DNA from: a virus
Length of the DNA stretch: 64,000 bases
Direction: 5' to 3' (one strand)
Virus record (IMG/VR): IMGVR_UViG_3300037483_001670
Coordinates: 96,001 to 160,000 of that record
The notes beneath the pieces were generated by a model. That model saw only the letters and a program-made list of their open reading frames with translations. It ran no database searches and was not told where the DNA came from. Positions within the stretch are counted from its first letter, which is position 1; the number at the start of each line of letters is the position of its first letter. Positions 44,106-53,915 of this stretch are shown one piece after another. A program made the position numbers and the translations under genes.

Positions 44106-44462
44106 TCAGCCGTCCCCGAGTAGCCAGCGAGCGATGGCCGCATCGACGACGGCGACGGTGCCCGTCAGCGCCGCCACGTTGCGGTACGCCGGCTCCGCTT
44201 GTCCCTGCCGAAGGTAGACGACGGTGCCGATGCCGTGCTTCAGCGCCGCGGCCGCGGCCCAGCCGCCGAGCGCGCCGCGCAGGCCACTCCACAAGAGACC
44301 GCCGACGATGCCGACGCCGTACGCGGCGGTGACGATCACTTTCGCCTGATCGCGCGAGTCGTCCGTCGCGAGGTGCGCCGGCCACTCCTGAAAGTTTTGC
44401 ACGCCGAGAAAGGTCACCCCGGCCGGCGCCTGCACCGCGTCTTCCGCAAACCCCTGTCTCAT
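44106..44462 (-). CDS. multi-TM membrane protein
   Basis: three hydrophobic helices. Confidence 0.7.
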   Translation of the reverse strand: MRQGFAEDAVQAPAGVTFLGVQNFQEWPAHLATDDSRDQAKVIVTAAYGVGIVGGLLWSGLRGALGGWAAAAALKHGIGTVVYLRQGQAEPAYRNVAALTGTVAVVDAAIARWLLGDG

Positions 44463-45058
44463 GCCGGGTAATCCTTCTTCTTCCCGCCCTTGTCGTGGAG
44501 GCCACGGTAGAGGAGATACGACGCCAGCGCTCCCCCGAGTACCGCATACGTCCCCGAGACAACGGCCTCTCTGTCAGCCTCCGGCGTTCCGATCGTCACC
44601 GCCCGCGCGGCGCGCGCGAGGTTCATGATCGAGCCGCCGTAGAGCCCGCCAGAGAGCCCGCCGAACATGCCGCCGCCGTACTTTGCACCGATCGCGCTCC
44701 CCACCCCGACGAGGAGCAGCCCCAACCCGAGCGTGTGTGCGTTGTCTTGCGGGATTCTCTCGGGCGGCCTCTGCGGCTCAGCCGCAGAGGGATCGACACC
44801 GAACGCCTGCGGGTAGTGGGGCGCCGCTACGCTGTGTCGCGCGTCGACAGCGTTCGGACGCGTGGGCATCCTCGGCGCCATCGCCATCATGGGCGGTCCG
44901 AAGCTAGGCTCCGGACCGGAGGGCGACTGAAACCTCGCCGCGAGGGGCGCGGAGCCCGGCGCAGGAGGCAGGTTGTCGTTCGGCGTCCAGGTGGAGCCGA
45001 TGAAGCCGTTCGATTCGGCTCCGATGTCTTCGATACCGTCGAGGGGGATGGCGGACAT
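44459..45058 (-). CDS. membrane protein with Pro-rich N-terminus and Gly-rich TMs
   Basis: TLGLGLLLVGVGSAIG...GGALASYLLY + KKK tail. Confidence 0.75.
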   Translation of the reverse strand: MSAIPLDGIEDIGAESNGFIGSTWTPNDNLPPAPGSAPLAARFQSPSGPEPSFGPPMMAMAPRMPTRPNAVDARHSVAAPHYPQAFGVDPSAAEPQRPPERIPQDNAHTLGLGLLLVGVGSAIGAKYGGGMFGGLSGGLYGGSIMNLARAARAVTIGTPEADREAVVSGTYAVLGGALASYLLYRGLHDKGGKKKDYPA

Positions 45059-45086
45059 GGGTGAGCGTGCGTGTCCCTACGGACGA

Positions 45087-45117
45087 CGCTCAGCTCGCAG
45101 TCCTGCCCCTCAGTCTA
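45087..45117 (-). promoter_or_regulatory. putative late promoter TAGACT-N14-CGAGCTGAGCG
   Basis: recurrent motif, 28 nt upstream of ATG 45058. Confidence 0.75.
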
Positions 45118-45158
45118 GCGGAAATTTGGCCCGGGCGGCAAGTTGCCGGTGCCCGATG

Positions 45159-45821
45159 TCAAATCCGGCCCGATGCGGCGTGATTCAGCGCGCGAAGCAC
45201 GGGCTCGGGCAGCGGATCGTCCGCTCCGAAGGGATGCGCTTTCACCCAGCTGAGAGCCTTCATGAGCCGCGCGTCGGCGTTCGGGTGGAGGCCCTTGCAG
45301 GGCTCGCCGCTGTAGACGCAGAGGCTCCGCGTCGCCGTCATCGACTGCCGCGCCATGTGAAGCGCGACGCGGGTCGCGAGCCGCCGATCTCGGAGCAGAT
45401 CCTCGCCGACGATGCGCAGTCCCGTGCTTCGCTTCGTCCACCAGGTCCACTCGCCGTTTTGAAGCGCAAGGCCGCGCCCCGGCTGGATCTGAAAGATGGA
45501 GAACGCCCGCCCGTTGTCGCAGGTGCCCCGCCGGTCGGCCTTGTACCCCTTCCGGTTGCACGCCCCCTCGTCCACGAACTTGAAGAAGCGACCCTCATGG
45601 AAGGCGAGCGACGTGAGCAGGATCGCCGTCGGCGCCGGCCCGCTGACACCCGGCCGTAACACCAGCGGTGCCTCCACTCCATCGGCAGCGACCTCGGCGA
45701 TGTCGGTGGCGATGGCCACGTACCGCTTGAGGACTTCGCTCTCGGGTTCGTGGTGCTCCACCGGGGGCGACCAGGTCAAAATCGCACGCAGGACGTAGAC
45801 AACGAGGGCTAGGCTTTTCAT
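45159..45821 (-). CDS. signal-anchored lysozyme/transglycosylase-like protein
   Basis: N-terminal hydrophobic segment; LAFHEGRF (catalytic Glu) and GRAFSIFQIQ. Confidence 0.6.
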   Translation of the reverse strand: MKSLALVVYVLRAILTWSPPVEHHEPESEVLKRYVAIATDIAEVAADGVEAPLVLRPGVSGPAPTAILLTSLAFHEGRFFKFVDEGACNRKGYKADRRGTCDNGRAFSIFQIQPGRGLALQNGEWTWWTKRSTGLRIVGEDLLRDRRLATRVALHMARQSMTATRSLCVYSGEPCKGLHPNADARLMKALSWVKAHPFGADDPLPEPVLRALNHAASGRI

Positions 45822-45877
45822 GGCCGAGCAGCAAAACCCAGCTGGGCTCGCCCGTCAACCCTTGTGCCACTATGTGA

Positions 45878-46408
45878 CTACGTACGTATTGCCGATCTTC
45901 GAGATTTCGCGCGCCCGGAGATCGCGCGCGTCAACCAAAAGGCGAGCGCTCCGCCGAGCGCGCCGGCGAGCACGTTCGTCAGCATCGGCGACGATTCGGA
46001 GACGGGCTCTGGCGGCAGGACGACGGGGGGCGCTGGCGCGGGAACGGGAGCCGGCTGAGCCGTCGGCGACGGCAAGGGAATGAGGTGGGTCCACATGCCG
46101 AGCACCTCGACGGTGCCGGGGAGCTCCGCGAACGTGATGGTGCGATCGGTGAGCGAGAAGCGCCCTTGCAGGTACGCGGTCCACGAGAACGCGCCCGACG
46201 GGTCCTCGTACTCGTCGGCGGGCCAATCGGGCGGCAGCGCCTTCTTGTCGACGAACTGCACCTCGCGAAAGCCCTGCCCCTCGAGCGCTTCGCGGACCTT
46301 GCCTTCGGTCGCCGCGAAGCCGGGCGCTTTGATGAGCATCCGCGCGCGGTAGATGACGTTCTGCCGCAGCGCGAGCCCGGCGGGGGACAAGATCGAGTTC
46401 GCCGGCAT
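45878..46408 (-). CDS. C-terminally anchored membrane protein
   Basis: Pro linker + VLAGALGGALAFWL + basic tail. Confidence 0.75.
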   Translation of the reverse strand: MPANSILSPAGLALRQNVIYRARMLIKAPGFAATEGKVREALEGQGFREVQFVDKKALPPDWPADEYEDPSGAFSWTAYLQGRFSLTDRTITFAELPGTVEVLGMWTHLIPLPSPTAQPAPVPAPAPPVVLPPEPVSESSPMLTNVLAGALGGALAFWLTRAISGRAKSRRSAIRT

Positions 46409-46417
46409 GGGAGCGCC

Positions 46418-46897
46418 TTATCTCGAAACGATCCCGAGCTCCATCAGGTTTTCTTTGCCGCAGCAGTACGGCACCGGCGGCACGTGATCCGACATGAACC
46501 ACCCGGCATCGAGCGCGCTTTTCAGCGCCTGCTCTTCGGTCCAGGCTTCTGGACCGGGCCGACCGCAACCTCCGCACCGGAAAAACTCTCGCAGCGGCCC
46601 AGTCGCCTCGTCAACGGCCCGTGCGACTGGCTCTACCTCAACGGGGAGCGCCGACGCGGCAGCGAGCGTCTCGAGCATGGCCGGCTCGGCGATGGGCGTC
46701 TCGATCGACGCATCGGCGAGCAGCTCGGTCGAGGGATCGCCCTCGACCGTCGGCCGGTCCGTCGCCTCTGGATCGGAAGCGAACGAGGTCTCCGGATCCG
46801 GAGATTCGGCGACAGTTCCCACTTCGGGCTCCACCGTCGACTCCATGGACGGCTCGGCGGTCGTTTCCTCTTTGGGTTTGCTCGTTCGACGTCCCAT
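46418..46897 (-). CDS. acidic low-complexity protein with Zn-binding C-terminus
   Basis: E/P/T-rich; CGGC...YCC. Confidence 0.65.
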   Translation of the reverse strand: MGRRTSKPKEETTAEPSMESTVEPEVGTVAESPDPETSFASDPEATDRPTVEGDPSTELLADASIETPIAEPAMLETLAAASALPVEVEPVARAVDEATGPLREFFRCGGCGRPGPEAWTEEQALKSALDAGWFMSDHVPPVPYCCGKENLMELGIVSR

Positions 46898-46900
46898 GGT

Positions 46901-47176
46901 TCATTCCTCCACTTTCACCGCCGGGGGCGGTTCGCCAGTCATGTGCTCGGGCTGCGGTTTCGGCTCTTCGATCTCGAACAGCGTCAAGGCGTCCCGCAGC
47001 ACCGCGCGCGCGGCTCGCTCCGGGTACGGGTAACCTAGCCTGACAAAGCGCTCGAGCACCTCACGCTCAGCCTCGGTCAACGCTCGAACCTTCCCCTTGT
47101 CCTTTGGCGTGATCAGACGCGCGCCGCTGCGCTCCCGCACGAGGGCAACCAGATCTGCATCGTCGATGTGGTCCAT
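46901..47176 (-). CDS. hypothetical protein
   Basis: MDHIDDADLVALVRERSG. Confidence 0.65.
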   Translation of the reverse strand: MDHIDDADLVALVRERSGARLITPKDKGKVRALTEAEREVLERFVRLGYPYPERAARAVLRDALTLFEIEEPKPQPEHMTGEPPPAVKVEE

Positions 47177-47177
47177 T

Positions 47178-48740
47178 TTATGGCCTCGAGACCAGCCGGC
47201 CACCGCTGACCGGATCGTTGACGTTGCCTCCAAAGCCGGTACCGCCACCGACCGCTGCCGCAAGAATGGCCCAAGTGGTCGCCGCTGTCGCGACATACGC
47301 ACCCGTCGTGTTGTCGAACGGACGAATGGTCGTCACGGCGCGCACCGAGAAGTCGCCACCGGTGCCAGTGATTGTGAACCCGGCCACTTGCCCGGCCAGA
47401 TAGCTGACCGTCCCCACGCCCACCGCAAGGCCCACGACCGCGTTGCCCTTGCCCCAGCAAAAGAAGCTGCCTGCCTGCGTCGAACCGTCGAACCGACCGT
47501 TCGTGATCATCTGAACCGCACCAGGACCAGGCGCGTCGAAGACCGCGCCACGCAGCCAACCCACGGGCCCGTTGACGAGGAACCTCGCGCCCTGGACCAT
47601 GAAGTCGCTTTGCACGGTCACGTTGTTGTTGCCGCCGGCCGACGACGACACGGTGGTCGCGGAAAACCCGGCCGCTAAGAGCAAGATCGCCACGTTCGCA
47701 CCGAGATTCGCGGACACCTCAGCGATCGAGCCCGAGATCAAGAGCTCGATGCACTCGGCCAGCAGATCGAACATCGTCCAGCCGCAGCCGTCGAGCACGA
47801 TCACATCCGACGACTTGAGAACGAAATCGCCAAGCGTTTGCGCCGCGTTGATGCCGAGCACGACGCTGTCGAAGATGACAGGCGAGCCCAAGTTCGTCGA
47901 AAAGTTGTCCGCCGAGTCGAGCGTAATGAGCACCGTCGGCAGACACACGAGGGACTCGACCACGAACGTGTTGGTGGCCACCGGCGTCGACGTCGACGTG
48001 AACCCGCTCGGATTGACCGGCACCGTGTAGCTGACCGGCGCGCGGAATTGGCAGACGCGGGCCTGCTTCGCGCCGAGGTCTTTCATCACGCCGCTGATCG
48101 CGCCCGTTGCCGCGCCGCTCGTCAGCCGAATACGCTTGTTGAGGAGGCCGCTCGCGGTCCAGCTGACCGGCAGCGCGTTCGACGTGATGAGCCACGACTC
48201 GTTCGTACCTGTCGCGCGATTCAACGTACCGAGAACGTCGATCACGCCCGTGAACAGCGTCGCCTTGCCTTGGTGGTCGACCGTGCTGCCGTGGACGAAG
48301 ATCTGAGAGTTTGTCTCACGTCGCCCTGCGAGCACGAAGGTGTCGCTCGGCAGCAAGTCGTTTAAGTATCGAAGGTGGTACGCGCCGGAACTCCAAATCG
48401 GGTACGAGCCCATACGGCGCTGCCGCTCGGCGTCGGACTGGAGGGCGGTGGCTGCGGTCGCGCCGTCGTTCGCATCGTTCCCGTTCACGGGATCGATGAA
48501 CCAGTTGAGCTGCTGCATGTAGAAGAGGTTGCTGCCTCCCGTGCTCTTCTGAATCCAGTTGCCGGCGAGGAAGATCGACTTGACGACGCTCTTGCCGTCC
48601 GCCACCAACGACGGCGGCGGGAGGCGGTACACGTAGTCCGCGTCCTCCGAGACGACGTAGATCTCGTCGCCCGGAATGACCCGCGAGTCTCCGAAGCCGG
48701 AGAGAGCGGTCGGAGTCGCTACGCTGCCTAGATCGGCCAT
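47178..48740 (-). CDS. spike/fibre-like paralogue A (beta-helix type)
   Basis: shared N-terminus LSGFGDSRVIPGDEIYVV...DADYVYR; WFIDPVNGNDANDG...DAERQRR. Confidence 0.8.
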   Translation of the reverse strand: MADLGSVATPTALSGFGDSRVIPGDEIYVVSEDADYVYRLPPPSLVADGKSVVKSIFLAGNWIQKSTGGSNLFYMQQLNWFIDPVNGNDANDGATAATALQSDAERQRRMGSYPIWSSGAYHLRYLNDLLPSDTFVLAGRRETNSQIFVHGSTVDHQGKATLFTGVIDVLGTLNRATGTNESWLITSNALPVSWTASGLLNKRIRLTSGAATGAISGVMKDLGAKQARVCQFRAPVSYTVPVNPSGFTSTSTPVATNTFVVESLVCLPTVLITLDSADNFSTNLGSPVIFDSVVLGINAAQTLGDFVLKSSDVIVLDGCGWTMFDLLAECIELLISGSIAEVSANLGANVAILLLAAGFSATTVSSSAGGNNNVTVQSDFMVQGARFLVNGPVGWLRGAVFDAPGPGAVQMITNGRFDGSTQAGSFFCWGKGNAVVGLAVGVGTVSYLAGQVAGFTITGTGGDFSVRAVTTIRPFDNTTGAYVATAATTWAILAAAVGGGTGFGGNVNDPVSGGRLVSRP

Positions 48741-49696
48741 GCTCTATGCCCTCGTAATGAACTTGGCGCCGTTGGCGGCGATCTTGTTCGGCGCGATGGC
48801 CGCGTAGAGCGTGTCTTCGCCGGTCCGAAGATGCCACCCGCCTGGAAGTTGCCGTCCAGGTTGAGCGAATCGAACGTGACAGCGTTCTGCACGACGGCGC
48901 CGTTGACCGGCCCGTTGTTCGTCTTCATGCCGAAGTCCATCATGCCGACGCTCAAGGTCGGCACGGTCACGACTTCGTACGGATCGCCGTTCACCGGCGT
49001 CACGAGCAGCATGAGCTGCCCGAAGGCCACCGGATTGAACGTGCCGAACGGCGACACGCGCGCCGCGCCGGCGCCCAGATCCTTCACAAGCCGCGCGTAC
49101 GCGCCCACCCGCGCACCGCCCGTGATCCGAATGATGCGGCCGATGTGCGGCGTAAATCCGCCGACCAGCGCGCCGTCCGTGATCGACATCGGGGTCTGCG
49201 CGCCACGGTTGATGGGCGTCACCGCCGTGAAGGTTCCGGTCGCGACCGACGTGCGCGTTCCTTGAAAGAGCAGGCCAGCGCCGTCGTAGATGATCGCGTT
49301 GCAGTTCACCTTGTCCGTCGTCGGCGGCGAGCTCAGGTAGGTGACCGTCGTCGGCAGCACGATCCGCGTGATGGCTCCCCAGCGGCGTTGCCTCTCCGCG
49401 TCCGTCCGAAGGGCGGTTCCCGCGGTATCTCCCGCGTTGGCATCGTTGCCGTTGACCGGATCGATGAACCACGCGGTCTGCACCAGGAAGTCGACCGCCA
49501 CGCGCCGCATCCAGGTACCGACGAGGTTGATCGCCTTCACCGAGTTCACGCCATCGGCGACGAAGGTGGGGGGCGGTATCCGGTAGACGAAGTCCGCATC
49601 CTCCGCGACGACGTAGATCTCGTCGCCGGGGATGACCCGCGAGTCGCCGAACCCCGAGAGGGTCGTAAGAGTCGGTGTCGATCCGAGGTCGGCCAA
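48728..49696 (-). pseudogene. spike-like paralogue B, truncated/fused at about residue 290
   Basis: TTG start; colinear with paralogue D up to DSLNLDG, then unrelated tail. Confidence 0.7.
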
Positions 49697-49721
49697 AGCT
49701 GAAACGTCTCCCTACAGACGA

Positions 49722-49751
49722 CGCTCAGCTCGCGGTCTTACGCCCAAGGTA
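49722..49751 (-). promoter_or_regulatory. putative late promoter TACCTT-N13-CGAGCTGAGCG
   Basis: recurrent motif upstream of paralogue B. Confidence 0.7.
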
Positions 49752-49886
49752 CCCCAAACCGGGGGCCGCCGGCAACTCAGCGCTGGTTCGTGACCGTGAC
49801 GAGCAGCAACGAGCCGTCCGCGGCGTTGATCGTGCCCGCCGCGATGGGCCGCGATGACGGTGACCGAGCCGCAACTGGGCTCTTTC

Positions 49887-51467
49887 TTACAACGAGCGCA
49901 AGGCGCATCCCGTCAACGGATCGAAAAATTGGCCGTTGAAACCGCCCCCGGCGATCGTGGCCTGAATGAGTACGGACGTCAGGTTTCGATACGCCGTGAA
50001 GGCCGAAGTCGCGGGGTCCCAGGCCGGCGCAGTCGTGCGGAGCGCCTGCGCGTTGCGCAGCGAAATCCACGCATTCGCTGGCGCTGCGGTGAGATCGATA
50101 AAGAAGTACCCCGCCACACCAGGCGGCACGGGCGTATAGCTCAGCGAGTTTCCGCTCGAGAGCAGGAACGCTCCCCCTCCTGCCCCAGCCACGCCCCACA
50201 CCTCACACCCCGCGTTCAAACAAGCGCCGCTGGCCTCGTACCCCGGCGCGGCCGTGTTGTTGAACACGCCCATGCCGTTCTGGAAGGTCCAAGATTTCAC
50301 GGCGCCCACCTGCGTCTCGGTCAGGCCCAAAAACCGCACACCCCCTCGCTGCTGGCTCACGAACCGAATGACCGCGCTAGCTTGGAAGGTGCGGAACGAC
50401 GGAGCTCCGGAGGCCGAGTCGTCCGCGTAACAATTCGCAAGCGTGATGCTGCTCGGAAGAAAGAGAATGGAGTTCGGCCGAATCCTGCACCCGACCATGC
50501 TGACCGCGCGCCCGGTCGCAGTGCCGTTCGCAGTACCCGTGCTGGCCCAATCCGAGCCCCACATGTAGACGCCCGCGTTGCCGGCCAGCGACATCGTCGT
50601 AATGGTCATGCTGTCGACCACGACCGCATTCGCCGTACCGTTGGTCTGCGCCGTCAAGTTGATAACGAGTTGCGCGATGCTCGTCAGATCTTCGACGACA
50701 AACGTGTCCGTCGGAGCTGGGTTGAACGTGTTGGTAGCGAAGGCGAGCGGATTGGTGAACGTCTGCGTCACCTGACACTCGTTCATGCGCGCTTGCTTCG
50801 CGCCGAGGTCGGCCATCGGCCATACGACGCCGCCAACGTTCGCGCCGCTTGTAAACCGACACCGCTTGTTGAGCAGCCCGTCAGCGGTCCACGAGGTCAC
50901 GATCGCGTTCGCGGTGATCTGAAGCGGCGTGTTGGTCGCGTGCGCCACCACCGTCACCGCATCCGCCGTCAACGATGCCAGGGTGGTCTTGCCCTGGTTG
51001 TTCGTGACGCTCGAGTGCAAGTAGATGTTGCACGCGGACGATTGAAGCTGCCCTGTCAGGATCACCGGGTCGGACGACGGCACGTCGGTCAGATACCGCA
51101 AGTGGTATTCGGCCAGCGTCCACATGGGCGCCGGTCCCATGCGCCGCTGCCGCTCGGCGTCCGTCTTCAGCGCCGTGGTCGAGGTGAGCCCATCGTTCGC
51201 ATCGCTGCCGTTGGTGAAATCGATGAACCAGTTCTGCTGGCTCATCATCGCGGCCGACCCGCTCGCGTTCCGCCGTTCCCAGAAGCCAGGCAAAAAGATC
51301 GCCTTGACAAGGTTCACGCCGTCGATCGGCGGCAGTGGCGACTGGAGGCGGTAAACGAAATCCGCGTCGATGTCGACGACGTAGACCTCGTCGCCAGGAT
51401 TCACTCGCGAGTCGCCGTACCCAGCGAGCTGCGCGAGCGTCGGAATCGTCGGGGCTAGATCGGGCAT
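49887..51467 (-). CDS. spike/fibre-like paralogue C
   Basis: LAGYGDSRVNPGDE; colinear with A (AERQRRMG..YHLRYL). Confidence 0.8.
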   Translation of the reverse strand: MPDLAPTIPTLAQLAGYGDSRVNPGDEVYVVDIDADFVYRLQSPLPPIDGVNLVKAIFLPGFWERRNASGSAAMMSQQNWFIDFTNGSDANDGLTSTTALKTDAERQRRMGPAPMWTLAEYHLRYLTDVPSSDPVILTGQLQSSACNIYLHSSVTNNQGKTTLASLTADAVTVVAHATNTPLQITANAIVTSWTADGLLNKRCRFTSGANVGGVVWPMADLGAKQARMNECQVTQTFTNPLAFATNTFNPAPTDTFVVEDLTSIAQLVINLTAQTNGTANAVVVDSMTITTMSLAGNAGVYMWGSDWASTGTANGTATGRAVSMVGCRIRPNSILFLPSSITLANCYADDSASGAPSFRTFQASAVIRFVSQQRGGVRFLGLTETQVGAVKSWTFQNGMGVFNNTAAPGYEASGACLNAGCEVWGVAGAGGGAFLLSSGNSLSYTPVPPGVAGYFFIDLTAAPANAWISLRNAQALRTTAPAWDPATSAFTAYRNLTSVLIQATIAGGGFNGQFFDPLTGCALRSL

Positions 51468-51494
51468 GGGGCGCAGGCGTCCTTCCGGACCGCG

Positions 51495-51526
51495 CGCTCA
51501 GCTCGAGCGTCCTACCCCAGAGGATA
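51495..51526 (-). promoter_or_regulatory. putative late promoter TATCCT-N15-CGAGCTGAGCG
   Basis: recurrent motif upstream of paralogue C. Confidence 0.7.
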
Positions 51527-51564
51527 CATGAGCCGGGGGCCAGGGCCAATCCCAAGCCGCAAAT

Positions 51565-52965
51565 TCATGGACTGAACGCGACCACGCCCCCCGAAGCGCC
51601 AGCCCCCGAGTCGTTGAACGGTATGGCGGACCAGTCCTTGTCCGTGGATCCGACCACCACCTGCCGAGCGGGCGTCAGATTGTCGTTGATCGTCGGCTTC
51701 GTCACGTACGTGAGCGCCGCCGCTGCCTTACACTTGACCGCGTGACCGGCGTTTCCGGTCCCCCATAGCAAATCCGCACCGAAAACCGCGCGACTGCGGT
51801 AGGTCGCACGCTCCTGAAGGTTGAGCGCCGCGTCCGGGACAGTCACGTCAAAGATCGAGAACAGGCCCGCCTCGACGTGACCGTTCGTGGTGATCTTGAG
51901 CCTCGAATCTTGGCAGATCCAATCCTTGTCCACGTAGAGGTACCCGCCCGTGTAGACATTCAACTGGCCACCGACCGAACCGCCGCCGAGCAGCATCGTC
52001 TGAGCTCCAGGCAGAAGGTTGCAATTGTCAACGCCGCCACCCACCACGTAGTAAAAGCCACTGCCCCCGCCGCCCATGGACATCTTTTTCATGATGCACT
52101 GGGAGAACCAGCACACCATCGTCGAATTGAAGGCGCCGCCTCCGCTCAACGAGATGCCTCCGTCGAGAAAAATCGAATCGATGGCGATGGCGTTCGCAGA
52201 CGGTCCGGCCGTCGCGTTCGACTGTTGCGCGAACTGCATCGTCCCAATCTGGAGCGTCGGCAACGAAGCAACTTCGTAGGGGTCGCCGATCACCGGAGTC
52301 ACCTGCGTAAAAGGGTCCCCGCTGATCGTCGCAGTGCCCCACGGACTCGTTCGATGCCGCGTACCCGTGAGGCTCAGCACGAGACGCGCGTACGCCCCCG
52401 ATCGCGCCCCGCCCGTGATCCGAATGAGGCTGCCAGCGTCGCCGGCGACGAGCTCGGCGGCCGTTGCGTCCCACGGAGTATGGGTGGCGCGATTGACCGA
52501 CGTCACTCCCGTCAGAAGTCCCGACTTCACGGTCGTTCGTGCACCCTGAAGGCGGAGCGTTCCGCCGGTAAGCATTTGCACATTGTAGTTCGTGGGCGTC
52601 GCCGGGGAGTCGACGTAGGTCACCGTCGTCGGCTGCGCCAACTGCGTCACAATCCCCCATCGCCGCTGCCGCTCCGCCTCGGTAATCGCCGACAGCAACG
52701 TGGCTCCGTCGTTCGCGTTGTTGCCCGCCGCGCTCACGAACCAATCTGCCTGCCCGAGAAACGCGCCCAGCGACCTACGCACCCAGTAACCAGGCAGAAA
52801 GATGCTCTTGACGATCGAGTCCGCGTCCGCGACTAGCAGCGGCGGCGCGACACGGTACACGAAGTCCGCATCGTCACTCGTGACGTAGACCTCGTCGCCG
52901 GGAATAATGCGCGAATCTCCGAACCCGGCCAGAGCTGCTGTGGTCGCTACACTCCCGCGATCCAC
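51565..52965 (-). CDS. spike/fibre-like paralogue D
   Basis: LAGFGDSRIIPGDE; AERQRRWG..PTTVTY, IRITGGAR.GAYARLV shared with B. Confidence 0.8.
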   Translation of the reverse strand: MDRGSVATTAALAGFGDSRIIPGDEVYVTSDDADFVYRVAPPLLVADADSIVKSIFLPGYWVRRSLGAFLGQADWFVSAAGNNANDGATLLSAITEAERQRRWGIVTQLAQPTTVTYVDSPATPTNYNVQMLTGGTLRLQGARTTVKSGLLTGVTSVNRATHTPWDATAAELVAGDAGSLIRITGGARSGAYARLVLSLTGTRHRTSPWGTATISGDPFTQVTPVIGDPYEVASLPTLQIGTMQFAQQSNATAGPSANAIAIDSIFLDGGISLSGGGAFNSTMVCWFSQCIMKKMSMGGGGSGFYYVVGGGVDNCNLLPGAQTMLLGGGSVGGQLNVYTGGYLYVDKDWICQDSRLKITTNGHVEAGLFSIFDVTVPDAALNLQERATYRSRAVFGADLLWGTGNAGHAVKCKAAAALTYVTKPTINDNLTPARQVVVGSTDKDWSAIPFNDSGAGASGGVVAFSP

Positions 52966-52968
52966 GTC

Positions 52969-53586
52969 TCAACCCACGATGCCGTCGCGCTCGATGTCGA
53001 GCTCGTCACCGAAAATCAGCATGAGCGGCCCGGCGCTCTCGGTATAGACCACGAGAAACGGCTGGTCTTCGCGCCCGCTGGAGCGCGACCACAAGATCTT
53101 GCTGCCCCCGACGTAGGCGTGCCTGACCCGCACATGCACGACGCCGTCATCCTTGCCACCGAACCCGGGATCACTGTCCGTGCCCGCCGTGTGGAGCTGG
53201 ATGTCGACCGCTTCGAAGAGGCCGAGCAGGGCGAAGTGCTTCGGCATCGGCACGCCGGCGAAGGACACCAGGGGACCGATGACCGGCACCGGCGCACGCG
53301 GGCGGCGCTCGCTCACCAAGAAGTCGGGTCGGCAAAGGATGCGGTTGCGGCTCTCGGCGATGTGCTTGTAGAGCTCCTGCTTGCCGTCCGGCACCCACTT
53401 CTTCGGCCGGTCCGGGTTGATCTTGTCCGACGCGTACGCGATGCCGAGCGAGTCGCCCACGTGCTGAAACGAGCTCGGCCACGTGAACGGGTACTCCTTG
53501 TCCCCCTTCAGCGGCTTCGCGCTGAACACAGAACGGTAGCCCTCGGCGATTTCGCGCGCGTCGACCACCCGAGGCTTCGCGCTCAC
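52969..53586 (-). CDS. hypothetical virion-module protein
   Basis: GTGA overlap start; 205 aa. Confidence 0.7.
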   Translation of the reverse strand: MSAKPRVVDAREIAEGYRSVFSAKPLKGDKEYPFTWPSSFQHVGDSLGIAYASDKINPDRPKKWVPDGKQELYKHIAESRNRILCRPDFLVSERRPRAPVPVIGPLVSFAGVPMPKHFALLGLFEAVDIQLHTAGTDSDPGFGGKDDGVVHVRVRHAYVGGSKILWSRSSGREDQPFLVVYTESAGPLMLIFGDELDIERDGIVG

Positions 53587-53915
53587 CGAAACCACCCCTG
53601 CCGGCTCGCGTAGTATCCTACCGCGAAGAGCGCCGCGCCCACCAAGGCGAGCGTCGCATTCGAGCTTGTTCCGAAGTTGATCGCGCCCATCGCGCCCTTG
53701 CCGCATTGCACGACCATGCCTCGAGCGTGCCACCCTTGCCCGACCAGCTTTGCGCTGCTCGGCAAGGGACGACCTGCGACGATCGCCGGCACGCCGACAC
53801 CGTTCGTGGGCGCGGGCAGGTTCGGCACGGGCAAGTCTGCGTTGAGCGGCAGATCGTCGGCCGACTCGTAATACAAATAGAGCCCCTTCTTCGGGTCGAA
53901 GCACGAATGGATCAA
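53583..53915 (-). CDS. C-terminally anchored membrane protein
   Basis: GAMG/NFG + ALVGAALFAVGYY. Confidence 0.75.
   Translation of the reverse strand: MIHSCFDPKKGLYLYYESADDLPLNADLPVPNLPAPTNGVGVPAIVAGRPLPSSAKLVGQGWHARGMVVQCGKGAMGAINFGTSSNATLALVGAALFAVGYYASRQGWFR

Noticed and set aside
47178-52965. Diversity-generating retroelement or invertase shufflon acting on spikes
   Set aside because: No reverse transcriptase, no TR/VR pair differing at adenines, no invertase or inverted crossover sites seen in the window
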